Under the pieces are notes generated by a model. That model was not told the origin of the DNA, ran no database searches, and was given only the letters and a program-made list of their open reading frames with translations. Source: Elusimicrobiota bacterium (GTDB lineage Bacteria; Elusimicrobiota; Elusimicrobia; FEN-1173). From it: DNA of 64,000 nt. The stretch's first letter is position 1, and every line of letters begins with the position of its first letter. Location: the NCBI GenBank assembly GCA_016715645.1, contig JADJZR010000004.1, forward strand, positions 37,269 to 101,268, in the 5' to 3' direction. A program made the position numbers and the translations under genes. This document shows positions 39,656 to 49,353 of this stretch, piece by piece.

Positions 39656-41068
39656 ATGAAAACACGCATCGAAAAAGATTCGTTGGGCACCAAAGAAGTT
39701 CCCGCGGACGCGCTGTTCGGCATCCAAACCCTGCGCGCCGTTGAAAATTTCCCCGTGAGCGGATGGCGTTTTCCGCGCTCGTTCATTCGAGCCCTCGCGT
39801 TGATAAAAAAATGCGCCGCCGAGGTCAACATGGAGTTGGGGGGCTTGGACAAAAAAGTCGGGGGCGCCATCCTCCAATCGGCCCAGGAAGTGGCGGATGG
39901 AAAATGGGACGACCAATTTCCCGTGGACATTTTCCAAACCGGGTCCGGCACGTCGACCAACATGAACGCCAACGAAGTGATCGCCAGCCGGGCGAACGAG
40001 TTGTTGGGCGGCCAACGGGGGGCCAAATCGCCGGTGCATCCCAACGATCACGTGAACAAGGGCCAATCGTCCAACGACGTGATTCCCACAGCGATCCATG
40101 TGGCGGCTCTGGAATCTCTGGTGAAGGAGTTGGTCCCCGCTTTGGACGTTTTGCGCGCGGCCCTGGCGGAGAAGGCGATCGCCTTCGACGGCATCTTGAA
40201 AATCGGCCGAACCCATTTGCAAGACGCCGTTCCGATGCGGTTGGGCCAGGAATTCGGCGGTTACGCCAGCCAAATCGCCCACGCCATCCAGCGGGTGAAA
40301 AACGTTCAACCCCATTTGGCGGAACTGGCTTTGGGCGGAACCGCGGTGGGTACGGGCCTCAACGCCGATCCCGCTTTTATTGAAGGCGTGATCAAAAAGC
40401 TCGGCGCCTTGTTGGGGTTGCCGTTTGTGGGGGCGCCCTCGCGATTTGAAGCCTTAGCGGCCCGCGACGCGTGCGTGGAAGCCAGCGGCGCTTTGAAAAC
40501 CGTGGCGGTCTCGCTCATGAAAATCGCCAACGATTTGCGGTGGCTCTCATCGGGGCCGCGGTGCGGCATCGGCGAAATTGAGTTGCCTTCGTTGCAACCC
40601 GGCAGTTCCATCATGCCCGGAAAGGTCAACCCGGTCATTCCGGAAGCGGTGGCCATGGTGGCGGCCCAGGTGATCGGCGCCGACGTGGCCATTACCGTGG
40701 GGGGCCAATCGGGGAATTTTGAATTGAACGTCATGAAACCCATGATCGCCCACAACCTGTTGTCGTCGATCACGATCTTGGCCAACGTGTCCCGTCTGTT
40801 CGCGGACCGGTGCGTGAAAGGGATCAAGGCCAATAAGGCCATCGCGGAAGGGTTTATCGAAAACAGTTTGGCCATGTGCACCGCCTTGGCGCCGAAAGTG
40901 GGTTACGACAAAGCCGCGGAAATTGCCAAAGAGGCCTACGCCACCGGCAAAACGGTTCGTCAGGTGGCCTTGGACAAAAAAGTTCTTTCGGCCAAAGAGC
41001 TGGAAACCTTGCTGGATGCCCGAGCCATGACCGAACCCGGCATGACCCTCGACGGCGCGGGGGGGTGA
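39656..41068 (+). CDS. aspA: aspartate ammonia-lyase (fumarase/aspartase superfamily)
   Basis: Signature GSSIMPGKVNP and the AspA-type N-terminus TLRAVENFPVSG...DQFPVDIFQTGSGTSTNMN. Confidence 0.8.
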   Translation: MKTRIEKDSLGTKEVPADALFGIQTLRAVENFPVSGWRFPRSFIRALALIKKCAAEVNMELGGLDKKVGGAILQSAQEVADGKWDDQFPVDIFQTGSGTSTNMNANEVIASRANELLGGQRGAKSPVHPNDHVNKGQSSNDVIPTAIHVAALESLVKELVPALDVLRAALAEKAIAFDGILKIGRTHLQDAVPMRLGQEFGGYASQIAHAIQRVKNVQPHLAELALGGTAVGTGLNADPAFIEGVIKKLGALLGLPFVGAPSRFEALAARDACVEASGALKTVAVSLMKIANDLRWLSSGPRCGIGEIELPSLQPGSSIMPGKVNPVIPEAVAMVAAQVIGADVAITVGGQSGNFELNVMKPMIAHNLLSSITILANVSRLFADRCVKGIKANKAIAEGFIENSLAMCTALAPKVGYDKAAEIAKEAYATGKTVRQVALDKKVLSAKELETLLDARAMTEPGMTLDGAGG

Positions 41069-41989
41069 TTGACCGGCACGGATCCAGCTCAGGGATCTGA
41101 GCCCCTGAGTATCCCATGTCCGTTGTGTGGCGTCCAGGATGAAAAACAATTGTTTACATCCTCTGTGGGCATTTTTGATGCTCGCTTGACAACGGATCTG
41201 TACGGCGGGTGTGGGCGGGTGGTTCGGTGTCGACAGTGTGGTCTGGCTTATAGAAACCCTCGCGAAGCGACTTCGACCATTGAAAAGGCCTACATTTCCA
41301 ACGAAGATCCCGACGCCCTTGGAGAACAAGAATGCCGTAGTATCAACGCCTTCTTGTCTTTGAAAACCATCCGTGAATTCCGGGAAGGGGGGCGATTGCT
41401 GGAGGTGGGAAGTTCCCTTGGGCATTTCTTGAACGCGGCCCGTTCGACCTTCGATGCGGTCGGGATCGAACCAAACAGATGGGCCTCCCGATGGGCCCGA
41501 GAACGGTTTCGTGTGGATGTTCGAGAAGGAGTTTTGTCGCCGGGCCTTTTTGCCCCCGATTCGTTTGACGTGGTCGTTGCCATTGATCTTCTAGAGCATG
41601 TGACCGACCCACAGGCCCTTGTCACCTCGTTGTCCCATCTTCTGGTGCCAGGGGGCGTACTTTATATCGTTACCCCAAACATAGAAAGCTTATCATGCCG
41701 ATTGTTGGGTCGGTGGTGGTGGGGTTTTCGCCCTTCCCATTTGACATATTTTTCACCGAAAACAATGGCAAGAATGTTGTCAAACGCGGGGTTGTACGTT
41801 CGCCAATGTCGATCCTACGGGCGCGTGTTTTCCTACGGATATTGGCTGAGTCGATTAAAGAACTACCCTTCTCTTGCGGTCTGGCCGATCTCGTTTGTTT
41901 TGTCGCTTATGGGATGGGCGGGCAAAGTCCTTTATCTGGATACTCGCGACTCGATGGAAATTATTGCCTTTAAACGCGCCCACTCTTAA
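41069..41989 (+). CDS. class I SAM-dependent methyltransferase with an N-terminal Cys4 zinc-ribbon
   Basis: CPLCG...CRQCG ribbon and methyltransferase motif I (LLEVGSSLGHF). GC drops below the genome average across this gene. Confidence 0.7.
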   Translation: MTGTDPAQGSEPLSIPCPLCGVQDEKQLFTSSVGIFDARLTTDLYGGCGRVVRCRQCGLAYRNPREATSTIEKAYISNEDPDALGEQECRSINAFLSLKTIREFREGGRLLEVGSSLGHFLNAARSTFDAVGIEPNRWASRWARERFRVDVREGVLSPGLFAPDSFDVVVAIDLLEHVTDPQALVTSLSHLLVPGGVLYIVTPNIESLSCRLLGRWWWGFRPSHLTYFSPKTMARMLSNAGLYVRQCRSYGRVFSYGYWLSRLKNYPSLAVWPISFVLSLMGWAGKVLYLDTRDSMEIIAFKRAHS

Positions 41990-43518
41990 TGAATTCCAAA
42001 ATTGCCGTGCCCTCCTCGGATTCTTGGACCCATTGGATTGAGATTCTTGTCGGTTTTGCGGGTTCAATTGTGTTTGTGGTGTCTTGCAATCATTTGCCTT
42101 TTGGCCATTATGTTGATGATATAAAATGGGTTTTGTTGGCCGAATCTTTTCTTCAAGGATCGGTTCTAACATCCTGGTCGTCCATTCCCATGGCCAACAC
42201 ATCCATTACCTGGGGTTTTGGATTTCTTTTGACTCCCGTGGTGTGGCTATTCGGTCGTCAAGAGTTGGTTTTCAAAATATACTCGTCCATGCTCATGGTG
42301 GCTGGACTGGGGTTCTTTTACTTTTCCGTGAGGCGGCTTATGGATAGCGGCGGGCGGATTTTATTGTTGGTGGGTTTGGGGGGGGTGTCGTATGTGACTT
42401 CTTTCTCAGGGAATGTCATCAGTGAGTCGGGGTACGTGCTGATGTGGGGGCTGATCTGCTTCTTTTTGTCCAGAGTGGAGGCGGGAATATTGGAGCCCAA
42501 ACGGGCATTTCTGATCGGTGTTTTTATGGGATTTCTTTTTTTGATCCGAAACATTGGGGGGCTGGTGGCTATTTCTGTGGCGGGGATGGGACTGACTTTT
42601 TTTCGAAAGCGAATATTTTTGCCTTTTACAGTGGGCGGTTTAATCACGTCCATTCCGGTAAGCTTGTATATTAAAAGCGCCTCTGGAACGTGGTCTTTTT
42701 ACGCGCCTTATTGGAAGATGGGCGCTTCCCGCGGTGTCGGGTTTTACGCAGAGCTAATTTCCAATAACCTTTACTACTATTGGAAAGGTTTAACATGCAT
42801 GACGTTTGTAAACCTCCCGGAACTAATGCCATCCAACTCTTTCCTTAAATCGATCTTTGTCGTTTTGGGATTTGTGGTGATGGGGCGGGGTCTTTTTTTG
42901 CTCAAGGAAAAGCTGTTCGGTCGTTGGCTCATTGTTTATATTTTGGGGTATCTTGTTGTCCTGGGTTTTTGGTCATACCAAGCTCCTCGGTATTTGCTCC
43001 CAGCGTACCCGGCTTTTATGGCTTTAGTGGGCATGGGTGTTCAAGGGTTGTGGAAAAAAACCTTAACCCGCTGGGCTCTTATAGGCGCGGTCTGTCTATC
43101 GGTCCGCAGTAACGGTCCTGAAATAGCGAGCCTCATAAAAAAATCAGTTTCTCAACCGGTATTAATACCGCACACATCCGAGATGTGGCTGAGGGACAAT
43201 TCCACTCCCGATGATGTTATTGTATCCATGGACATCGCGCGTATTTATTACCTTGCGGGTCGCCGAGGCGTGCCATTTATTCCCTCTCACGATGTGGCCT
43301 CTTTTGTCGAGGGGGCAAAAAAAAACGGGGTAACCCTTTTCCACTTCAGAGAAAATAATTATGTTGGGGCGGCTCCTGGGATGTCCGACCCGATTGCCGC
43401 CCAGCATTCCCTATTGCGCGATTATCTTTTTCAATCGAAATTGTTTGAACCGGTTTATTCAAACCCGACCGAAAAAACGACATTTTTTAGGATAAAAAGC
43501 ATTCCCGCCGTGCTATAA
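41989..43518 (+). CDS. GT-C fold glycosyltransferase-like polytopic membrane protein (ArnT/PMT-like)
   Basis: ~12 TM segments with a DD motif in the first extracytoplasmic loop (HYVDDIKW). Low GC. Start overlaps the methyltransferase stop. Confidence 0.55.
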   Translation: MNSKIAVPSSDSWTHWIEILVGFAGSIVFVVSCNHLPFGHYVDDIKWVLLAESFLQGSVLTSWSSIPMANTSITWGFGFLLTPVVWLFGRQELVFKIYSSMLMVAGLGFFYFSVRRLMDSGGRILLLVGLGGVSYVTSFSGNVISESGYVLMWGLICFFLSRVEAGILEPKRAFLIGVFMGFLFLIRNIGGLVAISVAGMGLTFFRKRIFLPFTVGGLITSIPVSLYIKSASGTWSFYAPYWKMGASRGVGFYAELISNNLYYYWKGLTCMTFVNLPELMPSNSFLKSIFVVLGFVVMGRGLFLLKEKLFGRWLIVYILGYLVVLGFWSYQAPRYLLPAYPAFMALVGMGVQGLWKKTLTRWALIGAVCLSVRSNGPEIASLIKKSVSQPVLIPHTSEMWLRDNSTPDDVIVSMDIARIYYLAGRRGVPFIPSHDVASFVEGAKKNGVTLFHFRENNYVGAAPGMSDPIAAQHSLLRDYLFQSKLFEPVYSNPTEKTTFFRIKSIPAVL

Positions 43519-43550
43519 TTCAAGTCGATGACCATTGATGGAGGAATTTT

Positions 43551-44027
43551 ATGACGGGGACTTTTCTTTCGCGGACGGGGTATGAAAAACTGAGGGACGA
43601 TTTGGGCCGTTTGAAGGTGCGGCGGGGGGAACTGAGCGGCGAAATCGGCGAGGCGCGGGAAAAAGGCGACCTTAAAGAAAATGCCGAATATCACGCCGCA
43701 AAAGAAGAACAGGCGAAAGTTCAACGGCGCATCAATGAGCTGGAAGAAAAGTTACGGTCCGCCCAAATCATCGATGAGTCCAACGTGAAAGCGGGCGAAA
43801 TCCGGATCGGGGCGACCGCGCACATCAAAGAAGTCAAATCCGGCGAGGAAACCATGTACACGCTGGTGGATCCCGCGGAAGCGGATTTTTCCAAAGGACG
43901 CATTTCGGTGCAGTCGCCGGTGGCGCAAGCTCTTTTAGGCCACAAGGAAGGCGAACAGGTGACCGTGAAACTTTCGTCCGGCCCGGTGTTGTATCAGGTC
44001 ATCAAGGTGACGCGGTCATTGAGTTGA
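43551..44027 (+). CDS. greA: transcription elongation factor GreA
   Basis: N-terminal coiled coil with conserved acidic residues and a C-terminal FKBP-like domain. Confidence 0.85.
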   Translation: MTGTFLSRTGYEKLRDDLGRLKVRRGELSGEIGEAREKGDLKENAEYHAAKEEQAKVQRRINELEEKLRSAQIIDESNVKAGEIRIGATAHIKEVKSGEETMYTLVDPAEADFSKGRISVQSPVAQALLGHKEGEQVTVKLSSGPVLYQVIKVTRSLS

Positions 44028-46604
44028 CGGAGTTTGAGCGGGTTGACTGGGTTTGCCTTTCCAACCGCCGAGGGTCTTTTTCAGGATGTCCTGGGCGGCC
44101 CGTTTAACGGTGTCTCGATAGTCCACTTTTACTTGGGGATCGCGCAGGGGCCCTTTTAAGCGGGCTTCAATGGTGGGCCGTCCGTCCTCGGCGGTCATCC
44201 ATTGTCCCACGCTTCCGCGGACCGATCCCGCGGGCAGTTTGAGAACGAGCTTTAAATCCGATTCCATACCGCCCAGGCGAACCTGGCCGGTGGCGGAAAA
44301 GTCCGTCTGGTCGCTGTTCAGCGTGAACGAAGGAATCTGAGCCACGCCCCGTGTCACCAAAAATCGGCCCGCCAATTTTTTGTAACCAAGATCCGATCCT
44401 TCTCGGTCGATCAGTCCGTTGATTTTCTCCGCCACGGGCACGTTCATGATTTCGCCGCTGGCGGCGGTGACCGTGGCCGTTCCGGATAGAAGAGAGAGGT
44501 TGGGGCCCACGTCGGAAAAATTCCAGTTAAATTGAAAGTCCCGGCCCCGATAATGGGGATGCGCGATCTCGCCGATTCGAAACACGCCCTCGGCCCGAGC
44601 CAAAGGCGCCCGGGCGGGTTCTTTGGAAGCCGGTGTCGATGGCCCCGCGGGAGCCGAGGAGGAAAAGATCTTAAGCACTTTTTCCACCTGCATTTTTTCC
44701 CAATCTCCGTTGAGAAACACCAAGGGCCGTTTCCCGGCGTGGTCGATTCGTCCCGCCAGGCGAAACGGGGATCCAAAGGCTGTTCCCTGGAGTGATTTAA
44801 GCTCGACTGTTTCATCGGCCCATTCGATATGGCTATTCAGGTTCGAGAGAGCAACCCCTGGGATCGGGGTGATCGATCCCAGGGACAGGCGGATTTGGCC
44901 TTGCACAGCGGGATCTTCAATGGAGCCCGTCACTTGGGCGGACAGGATGGAGCGCCCCCGAAGACGGTAGTTGGTCAAGGACGGCAACATCTTTTGTACC
45001 GTGGACAAGTCCGGGATTTGGCTTTCGATATCCATATCGATAGCTCGGGGAAACACGACGGTTCCCCGGGCCGTCGCATCGCCCGCAACGGTGTGGAGGG
45101 TGGATGAAGACAGTTCGACCCGAAAAACGCCTGGCTCTTCGCTCCGGGCCAGCTCGCCGTCGGCGGACAAAAACAGCGCGCTGTCGGCGGGTTTTTGAAA
45201 GCTGGATTTGAAACGAGCTTCGAGTGATTGACCGTCCGCGGTCACGGAGAATGCCATTAAAGAGGGAGTTCCTTTAAGCTCGGCGGTGACCCCCAGGTTC
45301 CCCGAAATTGTAATGCCAGAGGGCCATGGACCTTGGGGGGATAAATTTAGATCGGGCGCTCGCACGTCCAGGGTGAGGCGGGGTTCGCCTTCCCGCGATG
45401 AAGCGCCCGATGCGTTAAGAACAATCGAGGAGCCCACCGGTTTCGTGATCCACTCTCCACAAGAAATACGGGCCCCGTCGGCGGTCAGGGTGCCCTGAAC
45501 GGTCCAGTTCCCGTCGGCATAATTCCCGGTCCAGGGACCACGGAGGGGGCCCCTGGCCGAACACGCGGGAATCCACGGATTGTCGTCCAGGCGAACCGAT
45601 GTCGGGTCCAGCTGGGCGGTGTAACGGGCCCTATCCTTCGCGACCACCAGTTTTCCGGAAAAGTCAACGGCGGGGGATTTAACGTCAAATTCGCCTTCCG
45701 TTCGGAAAACCGACGACGTTCCTTTCACTGTCCATCGGCCGGACAACGTGGCGGTCTGAAAGGGGGCGGGCAGTTGAACGAGGGGGTTCAGATCAACCGC
45801 GGATAAGGTGTTCAAAACCAGCGTGGCTTCAACCCGTGGCTCCGGGAAAGGAGTTAGGGTGCCCCTGGCGTTGATCGACGACGACCCCAATCCCCAACTG
45901 AGTTTTTGTATAACCACCGCCTTGTCCCCCGACAAGGAAAGACGCGCCTGAACCGACAAAGGACCCTTCCACTGAGTGTGGGCGTATTGTATTTCGGTAG
46001 TCGCGTCTATCTTTGCGCCAAACGGGTCGGTGAGGGAAAGGCCGGACACTCGAGACTCCAGTCCGTTGAGCTGAATGTTGATTTTGGCGACATCGTCCTG
46101 GAAAAGCAGGGTGCCCTTGTGGACAACGGCTTCGGAAATAAAAAGGGTGGAAAAGGCGCCCCCCCTTGGTGGCGCGGAGGGTCCGGCGGGGGCGGCGCCG
46201 AGAGAGGAAAAATTAAACGTGTCCGCGGAAAGGCGGTGAAGGCGGATCGAAGGCCGATCGAGTTCCACCCGGCGAACCACAAGCCGTCCCGACATCAGCG
46301 GAACCAGCCGGGGGAGCACACGCACCGACTCGGCCGAAAAAAATGTGCCGGCCGAAAAGTCCGGTTGCTCGGAGATGCGAACCCCGTTTAATTCCAAGCC
46401 CTTCAAAAGGCTCACGCGGGCGCCCGCCACCTCGATTCGTCGTCCCAACCGGGCGCCCGCCGCCTCGGAGGCCATTTGTCTCAGCCGTTCCGGCGGGTAC
46501 TGGTGGCGAAACCAAACTCCAAGGAGGGCCAGCCCTCCAACAAGGCCCGCCGTGATGAGGGCCGTCCAGACCAATGCTTTTTTCAAGAGAGGACCTTTTT
46601 CCAA
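44016..46604 (-). CDS. AsmA-family outer-membrane biogenesis protein (start tentative)
   Basis: N-terminal TM segment (ALVWTALITAGLVGGLALLGVW) followed by an ~850 aa beta-rich periplasmic region. Confidence 0.5.
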   Translation of the reverse strand: MEKGPLLKKALVWTALITAGLVGGLALLGVWFRHQYPPERLRQMASEAAGARLGRRIEVAGARVSLLKGLELNGVRISEQPDFSAGTFFSAESVRVLPRLVPLMSGRLVVRRVELDRPSIRLHRLSADTFNFSSLGAAPAGPSAPPRGGAFSTLFISEAVVHKGTLLFQDDVAKINIQLNGLESRVSGLSLTDPFGAKIDATTEIQYAHTQWKGPLSVQARLSLSGDKAVVIQKLSWGLGSSSINARGTLTPFPEPRVEATLVLNTLSAVDLNPLVQLPAPFQTATLSGRWTVKGTSSVFRTEGEFDVKSPAVDFSGKLVVAKDRARYTAQLDPTSVRLDDNPWIPACSARGPLRGPWTGNYADGNWTVQGTLTADGARISCGEWITKPVGSSIVLNASGASSREGEPRLTLDVRAPDLNLSPQGPWPSGITISGNLGVTAELKGTPSLMAFSVTADGQSLEARFKSSFQKPADSALFLSADGELARSEEPGVFRVELSSSTLHTVAGDATARGTVVFPRAIDMDIESQIPDLSTVQKMLPSLTNYRLRGRSILSAQVTGSIEDPAVQGQIRLSLGSITPIPGVALSNLNSHIEWADETVELKSLQGTAFGSPFRLAGRIDHAGKRPLVFLNGDWEKMQVEKVLKIFSSSAPAGPSTPASKEPARAPLARAEGVFRIGEIAHPHYRGRDFQFNWNFSDVGPNLSLLSGTATVTAASGEIMNVPVAEKINGLIDREGSDLGYKKLAGRFLVTRGVAQIPSFTLNSDQTDFSATGQVRLGGMESDLKLVLKLPAGSVRGSVGQWMTAEDGRPTIEARLKGPLRDPQVKVDYRDTVKRAAQDILKKTLGGWKGKPSQPAQTPSTQ

Positions 46605-46624
46605 TTGGAGTTGTCCAATGTCAA

Positions 46625-47422
46625 TCAGCTGACGGACTCGGAACTGTAGCGGGCGATAAGCCCTGTGCGGACCGCGCGGCGAAAAACCGCTCGAAAAACC
46701 CAACACGCCGCGAAAAGGTGAAGACCCGCTAAACCCATTCCCCACAGAACTGGGGCGAAGGAGACGGCGTGCCCCAACACCAGCGAGCGCAAACTCTCAA
46801 ACACATAGGACGCAGGCAAGACCCGGGCCACTTCTCTCATCCATGCGGGGAGTATGTCCAAGGGGTACAACACGCCGACGAAGGGTGAAAGGAGGGCTGG
46901 AATGGGCCAGATGAACCATTCGGCGGCGGGGCCTAACCTCAAAACCAGAGCGCACCCCAATATCCCCATGGAAATGCCATAAACGAATAAGACGAGGAGA
47001 AAAGGTATCGCCATCGCCCCATACGCCATGCCGGAGAACCCAAATACGGCCGTCGCCAAAGCCAGCATAACGCCCAGCCCAATCAGGCTGGTGGTTACAC
47101 TCGAGAGCACGAGACCAAGCAGATACTCCCCTACGGAGATCGGGGTGGAAAAAACATTGAGGAAGTTCCTCGACCACACGTCCTCAAAAAAGATCATCGT
47201 AACCCCTTGCATCACCCGGATGAAGAAATTCCATAACAGCACCGCGCCCAACAGGGTGGGAACAAAATTGGAGGTGGTGATCGTGTTCAAATAGCGGGTG
47301 AGGTATCCCCACAAGACCATGTCGATGGCCACCCACGTGAACAGCGGAAAGACCCGGGAAAGACTTCCCCGGATCAAATAGGCGTAACGCAACAACACGG
47401 CCGCGACGCGATGAAAATTCAT
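46625..47422 (-). CDS. ABC-2 family permease
   Basis: 265 aa, six TM segments. Overlaps the ATPase gene by 4 nt. Confidence 0.7.
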   Translation of the reverse strand: MNFHRVAAVLLRYAYLIRGSLSRVFPLFTWVAIDMVLWGYLTRYLNTITTSNFVPTLLGAVLLWNFFIRVMQGVTMIFFEDVWSRNFLNVFSTPISVGEYLLGLVLSSVTTSLIGLGVMLALATAVFGFSGMAYGAMAIPFLLVLFVYGISMGILGCALVLRLGPAAEWFIWPIPALLSPFVGVLYPLDILPAWMREVARVLPASYVFESLRSLVLGHAVSFAPVLWGMGLAGLHLFAACWVFRAVFRRAVRTGLIARYSSESVS

Positions 47423-48156
47423 TGAGACACCTGTTCGATCGAAAGTGGTTCAAGGGCCACCGCAACGAAAAGGTCTTCTAGATTCTTTTTTCCGTGCAAA
47501 GCGGGCAAGGTTTTGGGATCTCCTTCCAACAAAATTCGACCCCGTGAGAGAAAGAGAACCCGGTTGCAGACCTCGGCCACTTCGTGCATGTTGTGGGAGG
47601 TCCACAACACGCCGGCCCGGCTCTCGTCAACGTAAGACCGGATCTCCAACCGGATCCGGCGCGCCGTGGCGGGGTCCAAGGAGGCCGTGGGCTCGTCCAG
47701 AAGAAGAAGAGGAGGGTGGTTTAAGAGGGCCTTGGCCAGGGACACCCGGGTTTGTTCGCCGGACGACAGGGTGCCGCATTTGACGTGGCGAAATTTCCGA
47801 AGGTCGAATTGTTCCAGGAGTGCGTCGATCCGATTCCGCGGGTGAGCCACGCTGTAGAGCAGTGAGAAAACCCGCAGGTTTTGATAAACGGTCAGGTTTC
47901 CGGGAAGCGGCGCATAGCCCGCCGCAAAGTTCATGCGGGAGAGAGCATTGCTTCGTTGGGTCGAAAGAAAAGACCCTTCGACCGCGATAAACCCTGAATC
48001 GGGTTCCAAGACGCCCATCACCATATTAATGGTGGTGGTTTTGCCCGCTCCGTTAGGTCCCAAAAGACCAACGATCTCGCCCGGCCGAACGCAGAAGGAC
48101 ACCCCGTCCACGGCGGCCACCGTTGCAAACCTTTTGCGAAGCGAATCAATCGTCAA
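47419..48156 (-). CDS. ABC transporter ATP-binding protein
   Basis: Walker A GPNGAGKTT, the LSSGEQTRVSLA signature and Walker B LLLDEPT. Confidence 0.85.
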   Translation of the reverse strand: MTIDSLRKRFATVAAVDGVSFCVRPGEIVGLLGPNGAGKTTTINMVMGVLEPDSGFIAVEGSFLSTQRSNALSRMNFAAGYAPLPGNLTVYQNLRVFSLLYSVAHPRNRIDALLEQFDLRKFRHVKCGTLSSGEQTRVSLAKALLNHPPLLLLDEPTASLDPATARRIRLEIRSYVDESRAGVLWTSHNMHEVAEVCNRVLFLSRGRILLEGDPKTLPALHGKKNLEDLFVAVALEPLSIEQVSQ

Positions 48157-48236
48157 AACGTCGATAAAAAATCCCCCTGAATCGAACGCGCTTTCTGCTA
48201 TCTTACTTAATCTAAAGCTTTCAAACGTCGAATCTC

Positions 48237-48260
48237 GGGGGACGTATTTAGGTAATTAGG
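48237..48260. repeat. left terminal inverted repeat of the IS-like element
   Basis: GGGGGACGTATTTAGGTAATTAGG. Confidence 0.7.
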
Positions 48261-48298
48261 TTATTGACTTTCCAAGAATAGCTTGATATTAATTGACC

Positions 48299-49312
48299 AT
48301 GCCCCGTCAGGCGCGCCTTGATTTTCCTGGTCTTCTCCACCATGTAATCGCTCGCGGTATTGAGCGACGGCCGATCTTTAACTCTCCAACGGATTACGCC
48401 GATTTCTTGTCCCGTATCGAAATCAACTATTCTCGATATCCATGTCAAATATACGCCTGGGCCCTTATGCCAAACCACTTTCATCTCCTGGTTCGGTCAG
48501 GGGAGAATGGGATTTTCCCGTTCATGAAGAGGCTCATGACAGGTTATGCCGTCGGGTTTAATCATCGGCACAAACGCGCAGGGCATCTTTTTCAAAACCG
48601 GTACAAGTCTATTGTTTGCGAGGAAGGTCCCTATTTTCTTGAACTTATTCGGTACATTCATTTAAACCCCTATCGGGCCAAAATGGTCAACAATTTAGAG
48701 GAACTTTCGACATTTCCTTATACGGGGCACCCTGTTCTATTGGGCAAAAAGTCGTGCTCCTGGCAAAATCAAGATGGTGTTTTGTCCTTGTTCTCCCGAA
48801 TTTCATCGGAGGCAATCAGAGGCTATTTCCAATTCATGAAGGATGGGGAAAACCAGGGGTCCCGACCCGATTTGATGGGAGGAGGCCTGATCCGGAGCCA
48901 AGGGGGAGTTCGGGCGGTTCTTTCAAATAATCAGCCTGGGAACCGTGAAGCCTATGATTCCCGTATTCTAGGGTCGGGAGAATTTGTGGAGGGGGTTTTA
49001 AGACGGGCGGAAAAGGAAATGGAGTTGGAATACGAACTGAAAAGGAAAGGCGTGGGGATTCAGGATATTGCGAAGAAAATCGCTAAAGAGGAAGGGGTGG
49101 ATGAAGCCGACCTCTACCGTCGTGTAAGGACAGAGGCGGTATCCCGGGCGAAGGCGAGGCTGATTCATGTGGGTGTGGAATATTTGGGTCGGACGAACCG
49201 GGAAATGGCACTACTAACGAGGATGTCGGATCCCTCTGCCAGCGAAGCTCGGAGAAAAGGAGCAGGTTATTTTAGGGAAAACGAAGTCGCGGGATGGCTA
49301 TTACCTAATTAA
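48299..49312 (+). CDS. IS200/RAYT-like HuH tyrosine (Y1) transposase with a C-terminal HTH-like extension
   Basis: HuH motif PNHFHLLV and a RAYT-like LFQNRY...YIHLNP block. The ~150-aa C-terminal tail (..REMALLTRMSDPSASEARRKG) looks HTH-like. The candidate ATG follows TTGACT-17-TATTAAT. Confidence 0.7.
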   Translation: MPRQARLDFPGLLHHVIARGIERRPIFNSPTDYADFLSRIEINYSRYPCQIYAWALMPNHFHLLVRSGENGIFPFMKRLMTGYAVGFNHRHKRAGHLFQNRYKSIVCEEGPYFLELIRYIHLNPYRAKMVNNLEELSTFPYTGHPVLLGKKSCSWQNQDGVLSLFSRISSEAIRGYFQFMKDGENQGSRPDLMGGGLIRSQGGVRAVLSNNQPGNREAYDSRILGSGEFVEGVLRRAEKEMELEYELKRKGVGIQDIAKKIAKEEGVDEADLYRRVRTEAVSRAKARLIHVGVEYLGRTNREMALLTRMSDPSASEARRKGAGYFRENEVAGWLLPN

Positions 49313-49327
49313 CTAAATGCGTCCCCC
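49304..49327. repeat. right terminal inverted repeat of the IS-like element
   Basis: CCTAATTAACTAAATGCGTCCCCC, reverse complement 22/24 identical to the left end. Confidence 0.7.
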
Positions 49328-49353
49328 ACTGCGGGGACCGAAATGGAGGGGGC

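Larger units (their letters stand above)
48237..49327 (+). mobile_element. compact IS-like element with 24-bp imperfect terminal inverted repeats, encoding an HuH-Y1 transposase
   Basis: Left end GGGGGACGTATTTAGGTAATTAGG (48237-48260). Right end is the reverse complement of CCTAATTAACTAAATGCGTCCCCC (49304-49327), 22/24 identical. Interior is AT-rich. A GTCCCCCACTGCGGGGAC hairpin lies at the right end and an inverted TCCCCC...GGGGGA pair at the left. Confidence 0.7.

Noticed and set aside
46605-46745. Upstream extension of the AsmA-like ORF overlapping the ABC-2 permease by 120 nt.
   Set aside because: The extension is Arg/Gly/Ser-rich and overlaps a well-supported gene. A TTG at 46604 just before the TM helix is more plausible, though it remains tentative.
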